The notes beneath the pieces are model-generated. The model ran no database searches. It was not told the origin of the DNA and saw only the letters and a program-made list of their open reading frames with translations. Shown here one piece after another: positions 19,005-29,101 of a stretch of 64,000 bases of DNA; position 1 is the stretch's first letter; every line of letters starts with the position of its first letter. This DNA comes from Alphaproteobacteria bacterium (GTDB lineage Bacteria; Pseudomonadota; Alphaproteobacteria; Micavibrionales; Micavibrionaceae): contig JAGRIU010000034.1 in the NCBI GenBank assembly GCA_020443075.1, forward strand, positions 23,421 to 87,420, read 5' to 3'. The position numbers and the translations under genes are program-made.

Positions 19005-19511
19005 TTACTGATTAACGGCCTTTTTTGCAGCTTCCAGCTCTTCGGCTGTGACCTCATCCTGCGCCCCCTGATTTTTCAAAATGCGGTTACGCGTCGCGGC
19101 TTGATAGGCAATTTTGGCATGCTCGGTACAATAAGGCAGACCGGGCAGAGCGCGCGCGCCGCAAAAACCGAAATCCTCCTCGCGCGGATCGCCGTCCGCC
19201 CAGCGGCATTCATTGGCTTTGAGATCAATCAGCGGCACTTTCGGGCGGCGGCTTTCATTTGAAGCCGCACGCACGACAACAGCCGGCGCAGCTTTTTTCT
19301 CAAGAACCGGTTTTGTTGTCACAGGCGCCTTTACGGCAGGTTTTTTATTTTGCTGGATCGGAGAAACACGGTTGGACAGTTTCAAACGGTGGGCTTTACC
19401 AATCACAGCATTACGGGTCACGCCGCCAAGCTCTTTGGCAATCTCGGCCGCCGTCTTGCCTTCGCCCCAGAGTTTCTTCAAAAGCGCCACGCGGTCATCA
19501 GTCCAACTCAT
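19005..19511 (-). CDS. gcrA: Cell-cycle transcriptional regulator GcrA
   Basis: MSWTDDRVALLKKLWGEGKTAAEIAKELGGVTRNAVIGKAHRLKLSNR is the hallmark GcrA N-terminus. The conserved C-terminal block CRWADGDP...FCG...PYCTEHA is also present. Confidence 0.9.
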   Translation of the reverse strand: MSWTDDRVALLKKLWGEGKTAAEIAKELGGVTRNAVIGKAHRLKLSNRVSPIQQNKKPAVKAPVTTKPVLEKKAAPAVVVRAASNESRRPKVPLIDLKANECRWADGDPREEDFGFCGARALPGLPYCTEHAKIAYQAATRNRILKNQGAQDEVTAEELEAAKKAVNQ

Positions 19512-19728
19512 ATATTTCTACCCCTGATTTTTGGCAAAAATGACAATTAAGCCATTGATTTGCAATGTTAAATAAACAATTTTCCTCGAAAGATAGGAAA
19601 CACTCTATCAGCCCGCGTGTCATTCTGCCAAGAATTTGAAAAATTTTTTTTCCCTTATCCACATGGCGATTTTTGGGCGATTTTTTATAGCGCGCATGCT
19701 ATTGGGCATGCAGGGTTTTAAAAGAAGG

Positions 19729-20646
19729 CTATTCGATGAGCCCCATGAGACGAAGCATTTCAGGCTCTTCGCTCCAATTGTCTTTGACCTTGGCAAAGAG
19801 TTTCAGATGTACGCGCCGCTCCAGTATGTCTTCGAGCTCTTTGCGCGCAGCCTGACCGATTTGCTTGATGCGAGCGCCGCCGCGTCCCAGAACAATGGCT
19901 TTTTGGCTATCGCGTTCGACATAAAGGATCTGGTGAATTTTAACGTCGCCGTTATCGAAGTCTTCCCATTTCTCGGTTTCGACAAAGCACGATGTCGGCA
20001 GTTCTTTGTAAAGCTGATTGAAAATTTTCTCGCGCGTGATTTCCGCAGCCATCAGACGCATCGGCATATCGGTAATCTGGTCCTCGTCAAACAGCCATGG
20101 TCCGGTTTTGACCTCCTCCGCCAGATGAGAGAGCAGGGCCTGTGTTCCGTTGCCTTTGAGCGCGGAAATCATAAAGGTGGCTTCATAATCGAAGGCTGCA
20201 TTAAAATCCGAAGCCAGTGCCAGAAGATCAGGCTTTTGCACGCAATCTGTTTTGTTAAGAACCAGTAAAACAGGTTTGTTTTGCGGCAGGCGCTTGATCA
20301 ATTCCGCATTGCGCTCCCGTGCGCCGGACTGGCTCGCATCCACCAGATGAAGAGCGATTTCGCCCTCTTCCAGAGCATCATACGCCGCGCCGACCATCGC
20401 ACGTTCCATCGTTTTGCGGGCCTCGAAAATCCCCGGTGTATCGATCAGGATAACCTGCGCCGCGCCTTCTATGACAATACCCAAAACCCGGCTGCGCGTT
20501 GTTTGCACGCGCTTTGAGACAATCGAAACTTTTTGTCCGACAAGCTGGTTGATCAAGGTTGACTTTCCGGCATTGGGCAGTCCGACAACACTGACAAAAC
20601 CACAGCGCATTTCATCACCCGGAGAAGAACTGTTCGCCTCGCTCAT
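19729..20646 (-). CDS. era: GTPase Era
   Basis: G1 GLPNAGKST, G3 DTPG, G4 NKTD and a C-terminal KH domain (VERDSQKAIVLGRGGARIK). It directly follows rnc. Confidence 0.95.
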   Translation of the reverse strand: MSEANSSSPGDEMRCGFVSVVGLPNAGKSTLINQLVGQKVSIVSKRVQTTRSRVLGIVIEGAAQVILIDTPGIFEARKTMERAMVGAAYDALEEGEIALHLVDASQSGARERNAELIKRLPQNKPVLLVLNKTDCVQKPDLLALASDFNAAFDYEATFMISALKGNGTQALLSHLAEEVKTGPWLFDEDQITDMPMRLMAAEITREKIFNQLYKELPTSCFVETEKWEDFDNGDVKIHQILYVERDSQKAIVLGRGGARIKQIGQAARKELEDILERRVHLKLFAKVKDNWSEEPEMLRLMGLIE

Positions 20647-21327
20647 CTACGCCCCTGATTTGAGTTTTTGCAGAAAATCGGCGGCCGCCTGTTTTTCCGC
20701 CGCCTGACGGGAACGCCCTTGCGCGACAACAGGCCCATAGCCCTCGACGCTCAATTCGACATCGAAAAACGGCGCGTGATCGGGGCCGGATTGTTCGACG
20801 ATTGTGTAAGAAGGCAGGCCCAACCCTTGGCTTTGCGCCCATTCCTGCAAAGCGGTTTTTGGATGCGCGGGCGGCGTTTTCATGACTTCGAGCCGCTCGC
20901 CCCAAAGCCGCTCGATCAAACGCTGGCAGGCCTCGAAACCGCTATCTAGATACAAAGCGCCGATGACGGATTCAAAGACATCGGCCAGAATATTATCGTT
21001 ATCCGCCCCACCCGCCTGGGCTTCGGAATCGGAAAATACAATATAGGCCCCTAGATCCATTTCTTTGGCAATCTCGGCCAGAAAAGCGCCTTGCACCAGC
21101 GCCGCTAGCCGTTTCGCCAGATCCCCTTCGGTTTCATTCGGAAAACGCTTGTACAGAAGCTCAGCAATCACCAATCCCAAAACGCGGTCACCCAAAAACT
21201 CTAGCCGCTCGTAATTGCGCCCGGCTTTCACATTGCTGCTTGAATGCGTCAGAGCTGTGAGCAAAAGAGACTTATCCGCAAAAGAATGCGCGATAAAGTC
21301 CTCCAGATTGGCAGGATCATGTGCCAT
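20647..21327 (-). CDS. rnc: Ribonuclease III
   Basis: RNase III signature NYERLEFLGDRVLG and a dsRBD C-terminus (PKTALQEWAQSQG...). Lies in the conserved lepB-rnc-era order. Confidence 0.95.
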   Translation of the reverse strand: MAHDPANLEDFIAHSFADKSLLLTALTHSSSNVKAGRNYERLEFLGDRVLGLVIAELLYKRFPNETEGDLAKRLAALVQGAFLAEIAKEMDLGAYIVFSDSEAQAGGADNDNILADVFESVIGALYLDSGFEACQRLIERLWGERLEVMKTPPAHPKTALQEWAQSQGLGLPSYTIVEQSGPDHAPFFDVELSVEGYGPVVAQGRSRQAAEKQAAADFLQKLKSGA

Positions 21328-21329
21328 TT

Positions 21330-22229
21330 TTATTTACCGCTATCTTGTGTATCCGCCAAGCGCACCGGATCAATATCGTTAAACAGGCGCCCGTAGCGAA
21401 TGGCCCACGGCCACTTCCAAAACTCGAACAAATGCGCCGAGCCATCGACTGAGAAGAAAATAAAATCCGCTCGCCCGACAATATTTTCAAACGGAACAAA
21501 CCCGACAGCACTGGCCACGCGGCTGTCTTGCGAATTATCGCGGTTATCGCCCATCATGAAATAATGCCCGTCCGGCACATGATAGGGCTGGGTCTCGTCT
21601 AAAGGCTCGTAATCGCTCATCTCGTAGATGCTGTGCATCGCCCCGCCGGGCAGCGTTTCGATATATTCCATCATCGAGCCTTCGAATCCGTCCGGCCCGC
21701 TCACTTCTTTGAGGCCCACAGTCTCGCGCGGAACGGCTTTACCGTTGATATAAAGCTGGCCGCGACGCACCTGGATTGTATCACCGGGCAGGCCGATAAC
21801 CCGCTTGATATAATCAATCGACGGGTTTGTCGGCAGTTTGAAAACAACAACATCGCCGCGCTGCGGCTCCTTCGCCCAAACACGTCCTTCAATCGGCGCC
21901 AGCCCGAACGGAAAAGAATAGCGGCTATAGCCGTAGGCCGGTTTATTGACGAACAGATAATCTCCGACCAATAAGGTCGGCTTCATCGAACCGGAAGGAA
22001 TATTAAACGGCTCGAATAAAAATGTACGGATAATCACGGCCAGTAAAACGGCAATCAATGCTGTGCGGAACAGATCACCCAGCTCCTCCTTGGCATTCAT
22101 CGGCACAGTCTGCTTTTGCAGACTCTCTTTAGGCTCGGCTCTCAAAACATCGGAACTACTTGGGGGTGCAGACGCCGCCGCGCCGGAGTCAGCAGAATCC
22201 ACAATCGGGGCTTGTCGTTTTTTATTCAT
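21330..22229 (-). CDS. lepB: Signal peptidase I
   Basis: Catalytic boxes IPSGSMKPTL, GDVVVFK, YIKRVIGLPGD and YFMMGDNRDNSQDSR. Confidence 0.9.
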   Translation of the reverse strand: MNKKRQAPIVDSADSGAAASAPPSSSDVLRAEPKESLQKQTVPMNAKEELGDLFRTALIAVLLAVIIRTFLFEPFNIPSGSMKPTLLVGDYLFVNKPAYGYSRYSFPFGLAPIEGRVWAKEPQRGDVVVFKLPTNPSIDYIKRVIGLPGDTIQVRRGQLYINGKAVPRETVGLKEVSGPDGFEGSMMEYIETLPGGAMHSIYEMSDYEPLDETQPYHVPDGHYFMMGDNRDNSQDSRVASAVGFVPFENIVGRADFIFFSVDGSAHLFEFWKWPWAIRYGRLFNDIDPVRLADTQDSGK

Positions 22230-22309
22230 ATCGTGAACGCTCTATATTTTTGAAATCTGTTGGCGCTTTTACAATATTGGCGGCCAAATTACCAGCCTTG
22301 TTTAATCAC

Positions 22310-22717
22310 TCAGGTTTTTAAGCCTTCGATAATCACAAGGGCCTTGCCTAAAGGCGGCTCATCCGTGAGTGTTAAATGAACGACGGCTTTATACCCTTCG
22401 GGCGTCATAGCCTCAAGCCGCGCCAGCGCCCCCCCGGTTAATTCTAAGGTCGGCGCCCCGGACGGGGCATTGATCACGCCGATATCTTTCATATAGACGC
22501 CTTGCGCAAACCCTGTACCCAAAGCCTTCGAACAAGCCTCCTTGGCGGCGAAGCGTTTGGCATAGGTCGCAATATGCGTACCGCCGCCGCGCCGTCGCTC
22601 GGCTTTGGCGCGCTCTATTTCGGTGAAGCAACGGGCAATAAACCGCTCTTCATACCGACGCATGACCTTTTCGACGCGCCTTATATCAATCAGATCGCTG
22701 CCGATCCCCAAAATCAT
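22310..22717 (-). CDS. acpS: Holo-[acyl-carrier-protein] synthase
   Basis: [16 protein letters not shown] start, the [14 protein letters not shown] motif, 135 aa. Confidence 0.9.
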   Translation of the reverse strand: MILGIGSDLIDIRRVEKVMRRYEERFIARCFTEIERAKAERRRGGGTHIATYAKRFAAKEACSKALGTGFAQGVYMKDIGVINAPSGAPTLELTGGALARLEAMTPEGYKAVVHLTLTDEPPLGKALVIIEGLKT

Positions 22718-23298
22718 CGGCTTTGCCCTGTCATATCCTTAGCCTCAATATGCAGTTTGCGCTCGCGCGCTTTCTTGCGCGCCAGCTTGGCCCCGCCCAC
22801 CAGATAGTAAAATACGAAATAAGTGAAGGGCATGCTCAGAAAGCCCAAAAGATAACCCCCGACAAGCCATGGTAAAAAAATACGAAACGGATCGTTTTTA
22901 ATTATATCCCAGATAATGGAAAAACTCACATGGTCAGGCAAAGACGTCGAGGCCGGCAAGCCGACCAGCTGAAAGAGAAAAGAGCCGAAGCTGATGGCGG
23001 CCCACCACATGAACGGAAAGGTCCACGGGTTGCCCGCAAAGGTGCCGATCAGCGCCGAAATAAAATTCGCCCGCACCAGATAGGCGATAAATCCGGCCTG
23101 AATAAAATGGGTCCCGACAATCGGCGTAAAGGAAATCGCCGAGCCGATGGACAGGCCCAATGCAATCCGGTGCGTAGAATCCGACAACCGCACTAAACGC
23201 AACTTAGTATAGTGAAACGCCCGGATCCAGCCCATAGAAGGCCAGAACAGCTCGCGGATATTTTGCAAAATTGAGCGAGCGTTGCGCCTTTTAAACAT
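22714..23298 (-). CDS. DUF2062-family membrane protein
   Basis: Basic N-terminus, then [23 protein letters not shown] and multiple TM segments, as in DUF2062. Overlaps acpS by 4 nt. Confidence 0.65.
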   Translation of the reverse strand: MFKRRNARSILQNIRELFWPSMGWIRAFHYTKLRLVRLSDSTHRIALGLSIGSAISFTPIVGTHFIQAGFIAYLVRANFISALIGTFAGNPWTFPFMWWAAISFGSFLFQLVGLPASTSLPDHVSFSIIWDIIKNDPFRIFLPWLVGGYLLGFLSMPFTYFVFYYLVGGAKLARKKARERKLHIEAKDMTGQSR

Positions 23299-23489
23299 GG
23301 AAATCTCTAGCCGCCAGTGATTGAAATTATAATTTTCAAACCCTGTTATAACAAAAAGAACGGCTTAGGAAACGGCTTTTCCATTATTTTTTGCTCATGT
23401 CGAAAGCAAAGGAAAAAATCCGTTGGCGGGCAGAGGGTCCATCGTTAAAATAAAAAGCGGCGCTAACGACAAAATAGGACCTTGCCACT

Positions 23490-24005
23490 ATGAAGCTTCT
23501 TGATCATATCCGTATCGTTCCCGATTTTCCCAAACCCGGCATCAATTTTTACGATATTGCGACCTTGTTGCGTCATCCCGGCGCATGGCGCGAAACCATA
23601 GCCAAACTACAAGATCTGGCTGAGGATTATCAGCCCGATTTGCTCATGGGCATTGAATCGCGCGGCTTTTTGGTTGCCGCGCCCTTGGCTCTGGAAATGG
23701 GCTGCGGTTTCGGCATGGTGCGTAAAAAAGGCAAGCTTCCGGGGCAAACCCTGTCCTACAGCTATGATCTGGAATATGACTCAGACGAAATCGAAATCCA
23801 GCCCGACCTCGTGCCTGCTGGTGCCAAGGTTGTGATTGTCGATGATTTATTAGCCACGGGCGGGACGATGAGTGCGGCGGAAAAGCTGATCCACAAGACA
23901 GGCGCAAAGGTCGTGGCCAACCTGTGTTTGATCGAACTCGAAGGCCTCGGCGGACGCGATAAACTTAATGCTCCGTTTGCGTCTCTTCTGAAGTGTCCGG
24001 CTTAG
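23490..24005 (+). CDS. apt: Adenine phosphoribosyltransferase
   Basis: IRIVPDFPKPGINFYDI, GIESRGF and the PRPP motif VVIVDDLLATGGT. Confidence 0.9.
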   Translation: MKLLDHIRIVPDFPKPGINFYDIATLLRHPGAWRETIAKLQDLAEDYQPDLLMGIESRGFLVAAPLALEMGCGFGMVRKKGKLPGQTLSYSYDLEYDSDEIEIQPDLVPAGAKVVIVDDLLATGGTMSAAEKLIHKTGAKVVANLCLIELEGLGGRDKLNAPFASLLKCPA

Positions 24006-25809
24006 GCTCTACGCGCAGCGTTTCAGATTCAAATAAAACCAGAACATGCTCGGGGCTGAGCGCCTCGAAATTATTCACGACGCTCAAGCCAAGGCGTTTG
24101 CGCGGTGTGAACATTCCTAAAATCTTCAAAGTTCCGGCCTTGGCCTGTTCCTGCAACGCTTTCAAATTATCTTCCTGCCCGACCCGTGAGGTTCGGAAAC
24201 GCCAGCCTTGCAGGAAATATCCGGAAATGTCCCAGAAATCGAGATCGGCCCCGCCAAAGGTCTGCCCGCGCACATCGCTGGTCATTTGCCGGCGCTCATG
24301 CTCGTCTTCTTCATGCGGCAGGAACTGATACACCTTATCACGCCCGAATTCATGGATAAACTTGTTGCACACCAAAGCGTTATAGGCCGGATTATTGGTC
24401 ACCGCCAGCAGCATGTTATAGCGCGCCAACTCCAGATGATATTCCGTTTCATCCGATAGGATTTCCCCGTAATACACCGGAATATTGGCCAGCCGCGCCG
24501 GACGCAGCGCATGCCAGTTTTTATCCGCGATCATCACGTCTATGCCCCGGTTCTTAAGCGTCTGCGCAAATTGTACAGCCCATTCCGAAGCCCCGACGAT
24601 CAAAAGGCTGTCTTCTCCGCCATAGGCCAGCCCCAGCTTTTTGCCCAAAGGTGCGGCGCTCAGGCCGTGGGCAATGACGCTAAAGAGCACGATCGCAAAG
24701 GCCAGCGCCAGAATTTGCGCCCCGTCCGCATAGCCCAGTTCGACCAGAAACGGTCCCAAAACCCCGGCAACGGCCGCGCAGACAATTCCGCGCGGGGCAA
24801 TCCAGCCGGTCAGGAAAACCTCCGGCCAGCTCATTTTGGTTCCCACGGAGGCCGCTGCCACCGCCAAAGGCCGGATGACAAACAGCAACAAGGCGATAAA
24901 GGCAAAGCCTCGCCAGTCAATACCCAGCAAGATCAACGGGTCAATATTGGCCGTGAGCATAATAAACACACCGGAAATCAGCATCATCGACAGCGTTTCT
25001 TTAAAACGTTTGATCTCCTCGATGCCTGTGACGCCCATATTAGCCAGTGCCACCCCGAAAATAGTCACCCCGATCAGTCCGAAATCATGCTCGATGGAAT
25101 TGCACAACGCAAAAAACACGACGACCGTGGAAAGCAAAAAGGTCGGTTTCAGATATTCCGGGATCAGGTCGCGGTTAAACAGGGCGCTCGTGCAATAAGC
25201 CGCCAGTACGCCAAAAAAACCGATCAACCCGATCTCCATTAAGGTCGAGGCAAAAAACGTCGAAATCTCGGGGCTGTTACCGGCCGTAATTTTGAAATAC
25301 TCATAACAGAGAATGGCCAAAACGGCACCGATCGGATCATTGATGATGCCTTCCCATTTCAGGATCGAAGCCGGGCGCTCTTTCAAATGCGCATTTTTCA
25401 AAAGCGGAATAATCACCGTCGGCCCGGTGACAATCAACAGCGCCCCGAAGGTTAGCGCGACTGGAAAACTCAAACCGGCCACATAATATCCCGCCAACGT
25501 CGTCATCGCCCATACTAAAGGCCCCGAAACCATGATGATGCGCCGGATCGAGGCTTGGGCTTGGCGGATTTCCTTGAAATTCAGGTTCAAAGACCCTTCA
25601 AAGAGGATAATCCCCACGGCCAGCGAAACGACAGGTTGCAACAAATCGCCCAGCAAGGCCTGCGGATGCACGAGATCAAAAACGGGCCCGGCCAGAAAGC
25701 CCCCGATCAGCAAGAACACAATCGCCGGGGTCTTCATCCGCCAGCCCAGCCACTGCGCGGCCAAACCGAAAAACGCAATCCATGAAATTTGTGTCAGGAC
25801 ATCGTGCAT
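23965..25809 (-). CDS. Cation:proton antiporter (CPA1/NhaP-like) with a C-terminal RCK/TrkA-N-like domain
   Basis: About 400 aa of TM helices, then a Rossmann-like LLIVGASEWAVQFAQTLKNRGIDVMIADKN. Its 3' end overlaps the convergent apt by 41 nt. Confidence 0.85.
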   Translation of the reverse strand: MHDVLTQISWIAFFGLAAQWLGWRMKTPAIVFLLIGGFLAGPVFDLVHPQALLGDLLQPVVSLAVGIILFEGSLNLNFKEIRQAQASIRRIIMVSGPLVWAMTTLAGYYVAGLSFPVALTFGALLIVTGPTVIIPLLKNAHLKERPASILKWEGIINDPIGAVLAILCYEYFKITAGNSPEISTFFASTLMEIGLIGFFGVLAAYCTSALFNRDLIPEYLKPTFLLSTVVVFFALCNSIEHDFGLIGVTIFGVALANMGVTGIEEIKRFKETLSMMLISGVFIMLTANIDPLILLGIDWRGFAFIALLLFVIRPLAVAAASVGTKMSWPEVFLTGWIAPRGIVCAAVAGVLGPFLVELGYADGAQILALAFAIVLFSVIAHGLSAAPLGKKLGLAYGGEDSLLIVGASEWAVQFAQTLKNRGIDVMIADKNWHALRPARLANIPVYYGEILSDETEYHLELARYNMLLAVTNNPAYNALVCNKFIHEFGRDKVYQFLPHEEDEHERRQMTSDVRGQTFGGADLDFWDISGYFLQGWRFRTSRVGQEDNLKALQEQAKAGTLKILGMFTPRKRLGLSVVNNFEALSPEHVLVLFESETLRVEPKPDTSEETQTEH

Positions 25810-25868
25810 TTGTTCAATCTACAGGGCGGGGGCAGTAATGACCAGAGGTGTTTGGGATTTGATTAATC

Positions 25869-28091
25869 CTACCGCCCCTTCGCCCGGTCAACGCTGGCGA
25901 TGGTCGGGGTAGCGCGCAGGGCGGCGATAATGTTATTGAGATGCTGCGTATCGTTCACATAGATATCCAGTAAAATTTCCCAAAAATCGGTAGAGCGGCT
26001 GGTAATCTTCAAATTCGTGATATTCCCGCCATTGATCCCGATCACGGTGGACAGCGTCCCCAAAGCTCCCGGCTCGTTCTGGATCACCACCTGCAGCCGC
26101 CCGACATGCGCTTCGGGGGAATCATCGCCCTCGCCCCACGACACATCCAACCATCTTTCAGGCGTATCGGCGAAAGTCTCCAGCGTTTCACAATCAATCG
26201 TATGGATGGTCACGCCCTTGCCCGTGGTCACGATCCCGACAATCCGGTCCCCGGGGAGCGGATGACAGCACCGTGCCATATGTACCGCCATGCCGGGGAT
26301 CAAGCCCTTGATCGGCATCGGTGCGTCCGCACCGCTGGCCGGGCGCACCATGACGGCTTGGTCCATATCGCCGGACGGGCGCTTGGCAATCTCGGTATTA
26401 TGCGCCGGGAAGATGGTTTTGAATACGTCACGCGCGACGAAAATACCAGAGCCGATCTTGGCGTAGATATCGTCGTTTTCCTCGGCCTTGAAATTCTTCA
26501 AAACGCCGGTCACGGCCTTTTCGGTGAAATCGTAGCCTTCCTGGCGGAAAATCTTCTGCAACATCGCTTTACCCAGCGTCACATATTCATCGCGCTGCTG
26601 GTTGCGGATGAATTTGCGGATATGGCTGCGCGCCTTACCCGTGACAACAAAGCGCTCCCACGTCGGAGAGGGCTGCTGCGTTTTCGAGGTGATGACCTCG
26701 ACCTGATCTCCGTTGCCCAGCGTAGAGTTCAAAGGCGCGATCCGCCCGTTAATCTTGGCCCCGACGCATTTATCGCCGATATCCGAGTGAATGGCATAGG
26801 CAAAATCAATGGGCGTCGCGCCGGAGGGCAGTTCGATCAAATCGCCTTTCGGGGAAAACACATACACATGATCTTGAAACAGCTCGAGCTTGGTATTCTC
26901 CCAAAAATCTTCAGGTTGCTGCTCTTGTTCGAGGATTTCCAACAGCTCGCGCAGCCAGCGATAATTCTTAACGTCTTTATAGCTAGGTGGTTTACCTTCT
27001 TTATAGGCCCAGTGCGCAGCCACCCCCATATCGGCCTGATAATGCATCTCGGTTGTGCGGATTTGAATCTCGATCCGTTGGCGCGCCGGACCCATCACGG
27101 TGGTATGGATCGAACGGTACCCGTTAGGCTTGGGCGTGGAAATATAATCCTTAAACCGCCCGGGAACGGATGGATAGCGGCTGTGAATTAGACCCAAAAC
27201 CATATAGCATTGCTCGATATTCTTAACGACAATGCGAAACGCCATAATGTCGGAAAGCTGCTCGAAGGCCACGTTCTTGCGCTGCATCTTCTTCCAGATC
27301 GAATAGCGCGTTTTCTCCCGGCCCGTAATCTCTGCCTCAATCCTGGCCTCATCAAACAGCTTTTGCAGCTCGTCGATAATCTGGTCAACAACATCCGTAC
27401 CTTCCTTACGCAAGAAAGACAGACGGTTGGTAATGCTCTCGCGCGCCTCGGGATTAAGCTCGGAAAACGCCAGATCTTCAAGCTCGCCCTTGATTTTGTG
27501 TACGCCGATCCGCTCGGCCAGCGGCACATAGATCTCCAGTGTTTCCAGCGCGATGCGCCGGCGTTTTTCCGGCTTTTTAATCCCGTCGATCGTGCGCATG
27601 TTATGCAGACGGTCCGCCAGCTTTACAATCAGAACGCGGATATCCTCGCTCATCGCCAACAGAAGCTTACGGAAGTTTTCCGCCTGTTTACCCTCTGTGG
27701 TCTTGCTCTCGATCCGCGTCAGCTTGGAAACTCCGTCCACCAGATCGGCGACCTCGGTACCGAAACGCTCTTCCACGCTCTCATAGGTGGCTTCAGTGTC
27801 TTCGATCGTGTCATGCAAAATAGCCGTGATCAACGTCGCCGGATCCATCTTCATTTCGGCGAGAATGCCTGCAACCTCGACCGGATGCGTATAATACGGC
27901 TCCCCCGAAGAGCGCGTCTGCCCCTCATGCATGGTTTTGGCGTAATCAATCGCCTCTTCAATGCGCGAAACATCCTCCTCCTGCGGATCATAGGACCGGA
28001 TCCGGTCTAAAAGGCTGGTTTGACACGCAGGAATTTCACTCATCAGCATTAGGCGTTCGTTTGTTAGCGTTTTGAAATATTCAGGGCTCAC
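25869..28091 (-). CDS. spoT: Bifunctional (p)ppGpp synthetase/hydrolase (RelA/SpoT homolog)
   Basis: HD domain (HEGQTRSSGEPYYTHPVEVA, HDTIEDT), synthetase block (RYSIWKKM, GYRSIHT), TGS and ACT domains. The start may be a downstream Met (MLMSE, about 28049). Confidence 0.95.
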   Translation of the reverse strand: MSPEYFKTLTNERLMLMSEIPACQTSLLDRIRSYDPQEEDVSRIEEAIDYAKTMHEGQTRSSGEPYYTHPVEVAGILAEMKMDPATLITAILHDTIEDTEATYESVEERFGTEVADLVDGVSKLTRIESKTTEGKQAENFRKLLLAMSEDIRVLIVKLADRLHNMRTIDGIKKPEKRRRIALETLEIYVPLAERIGVHKIKGELEDLAFSELNPEARESITNRLSFLRKEGTDVVDQIIDELQKLFDEARIEAEITGREKTRYSIWKKMQRKNVAFEQLSDIMAFRIVVKNIEQCYMVLGLIHSRYPSVPGRFKDYISTPKPNGYRSIHTTVMGPARQRIEIQIRTTEMHYQADMGVAAHWAYKEGKPPSYKDVKNYRWLRELLEILEQEQQPEDFWENTKLELFQDHVYVFSPKGDLIELPSGATPIDFAYAIHSDIGDKCVGAKINGRIAPLNSTLGNGDQVEVITSKTQQPSPTWERFVVTGKARSHIRKFIRNQQRDEYVTLGKAMLQKIFRQEGYDFTEKAVTGVLKNFKAEENDDIYAKIGSGIFVARDVFKTIFPAHNTEIAKRPSGDMDQAVMVRPASGADAPMPIKGLIPGMAVHMARCCHPLPGDRIVGIVTTGKGVTIHTIDCETLETFADTPERWLDVSWGEGDDSPEAHVGRLQVVIQNEPGALGTLSTVIGINGGNITNLKITSRSTDFWEILLDIYVNDTQHLNNIIAALRATPTIASVDRAKGR

Positions 28092-28384
28092 ACTATAACA
28101 CAGCCCACGCCGTCAGGGGCAGGGTAAAAAGATTTTCGCCAGACAAAGATTTGACTTTTTGATTAAAATATAGGACTATAATCCTGACATTTACATTACG
28201 TACCCAGTATTATGAATACAATCATCTTGTTTGCTAGGCGTGTGCCTATTTATGCCTGTGGATTGCGGTGATAACTTTACCTTGTCAGCACACAAACAGT
28301 TATCTTGATTTGCCTACCTTTAATACTTGACACATTGCTTGCCTATGCTATTTTAAAATCACACGCAGAATCATAGGTGTAAAG

Positions 28385-28831
28385 ATGAGTAAGATTATTG
28401 AAATACTTCTCAAAGAACGAGAAGAAATACTAAAGTGTATAGAAGAGGCAACCGCCCCTTATAAAGATGAATTAAATAAGGCTGATGCTGCACTTATGAT
28501 TTTAGGTCACAAGTTTGATAGCCAGAAATCACAAGAAACACTTAATAAACCAGTTCTTAAAAATCCAACCATCAAGGAGCGCGTAACACAAGCACTTACA
28601 GAGCGTTACCCTAATGGAGCGCATTATTCAGCTATTCTTGATTATATCAACGAAACATGGCCTCACTTGCCCGTAAAGCGCACTAGTTTATCTCCACAAT
28701 TAACGCGACTTCGTAATAAAGTTATCAAACTAGACGAAGAAAAAGGAGTTTGGCACTTGATTAAAGATCAGGAGCCGCAAAAAAATTCAGCCGCCATGGT
28801 GGTTGATAACGAGGAGAATAGTTTCCTCTAG
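28385..28831 (+). CDS. Hypothetical protein in the AT-rich islet, possible C-terminal winged-helix
   Basis: 148-aa ORF. Helical N-terminus, and a C-terminal YSAILDYINETWPHLPVKRTSLSPQLTRLRNKVIKLDEEKGVWHL that resembles a winged-helix wing. Candidate -35/-10 (ttgaca at about 28327, then tatttt). Confidence 0.5.
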   Translation: MSKIIEILLKEREEILKCIEEATAPYKDELNKADAALMILGHKFDSQKSQETLNKPVLKNPTIKERVTQALTERYPNGAHYSAILDYINETWPHLPVKRTSLSPQLTRLRNKVIKLDEEKGVWHLIKDQEPQKNSAAMVVDNEENSFL

Positions 28832-29101
28832 GACAATGTATGAAAAGGAGAAAAAACATGGAAAGAAGAGAAATAGGCTTCCAGTGCGCGGATACCCGCT
28901 GTGAAGCCGATAATAAAAAGGACTAAAACCTTGTCATTTGTGGTGAGCTGGTTTTAGTCCTTGGTATCTACCCCTACCTGTCCCCCGTCCAAACGGGGAT
29001 AAGGAGCAAAGGCGCTGGGTGTCCAAAACTCTGCGCCTTTGTGCATTTTATAGCATGAAAATTATAAAAGTCCAGTTAAATGATTCTGTAAATTATGGAA
29101 T

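Noticed and set aside
19557-19581. Two TTAA elements upstream of gcrA as a possible CtrA box
   Set aside because: The spacing is 17 nt, not 7. Only half-site-like elements are present, so I do not call a CtrA site here.
26106-27191. 361-aa plus-strand ORF (also 27210-28010, 266 aa)
   Set aside because: They are antisense to the RelA/SpoT homolog. Their composition is Arg/Gly/Leu-rich, typical of reverse-frame translation.
28151-28182. TTGACT ... TATAAT promoter-like pair at the left edge of the AT-rich islet
   Set aside because: The spacer is 20 nt, too long for a standard sigma-70 promoter. In DNA this AT-rich, such hexamers arise by chance.
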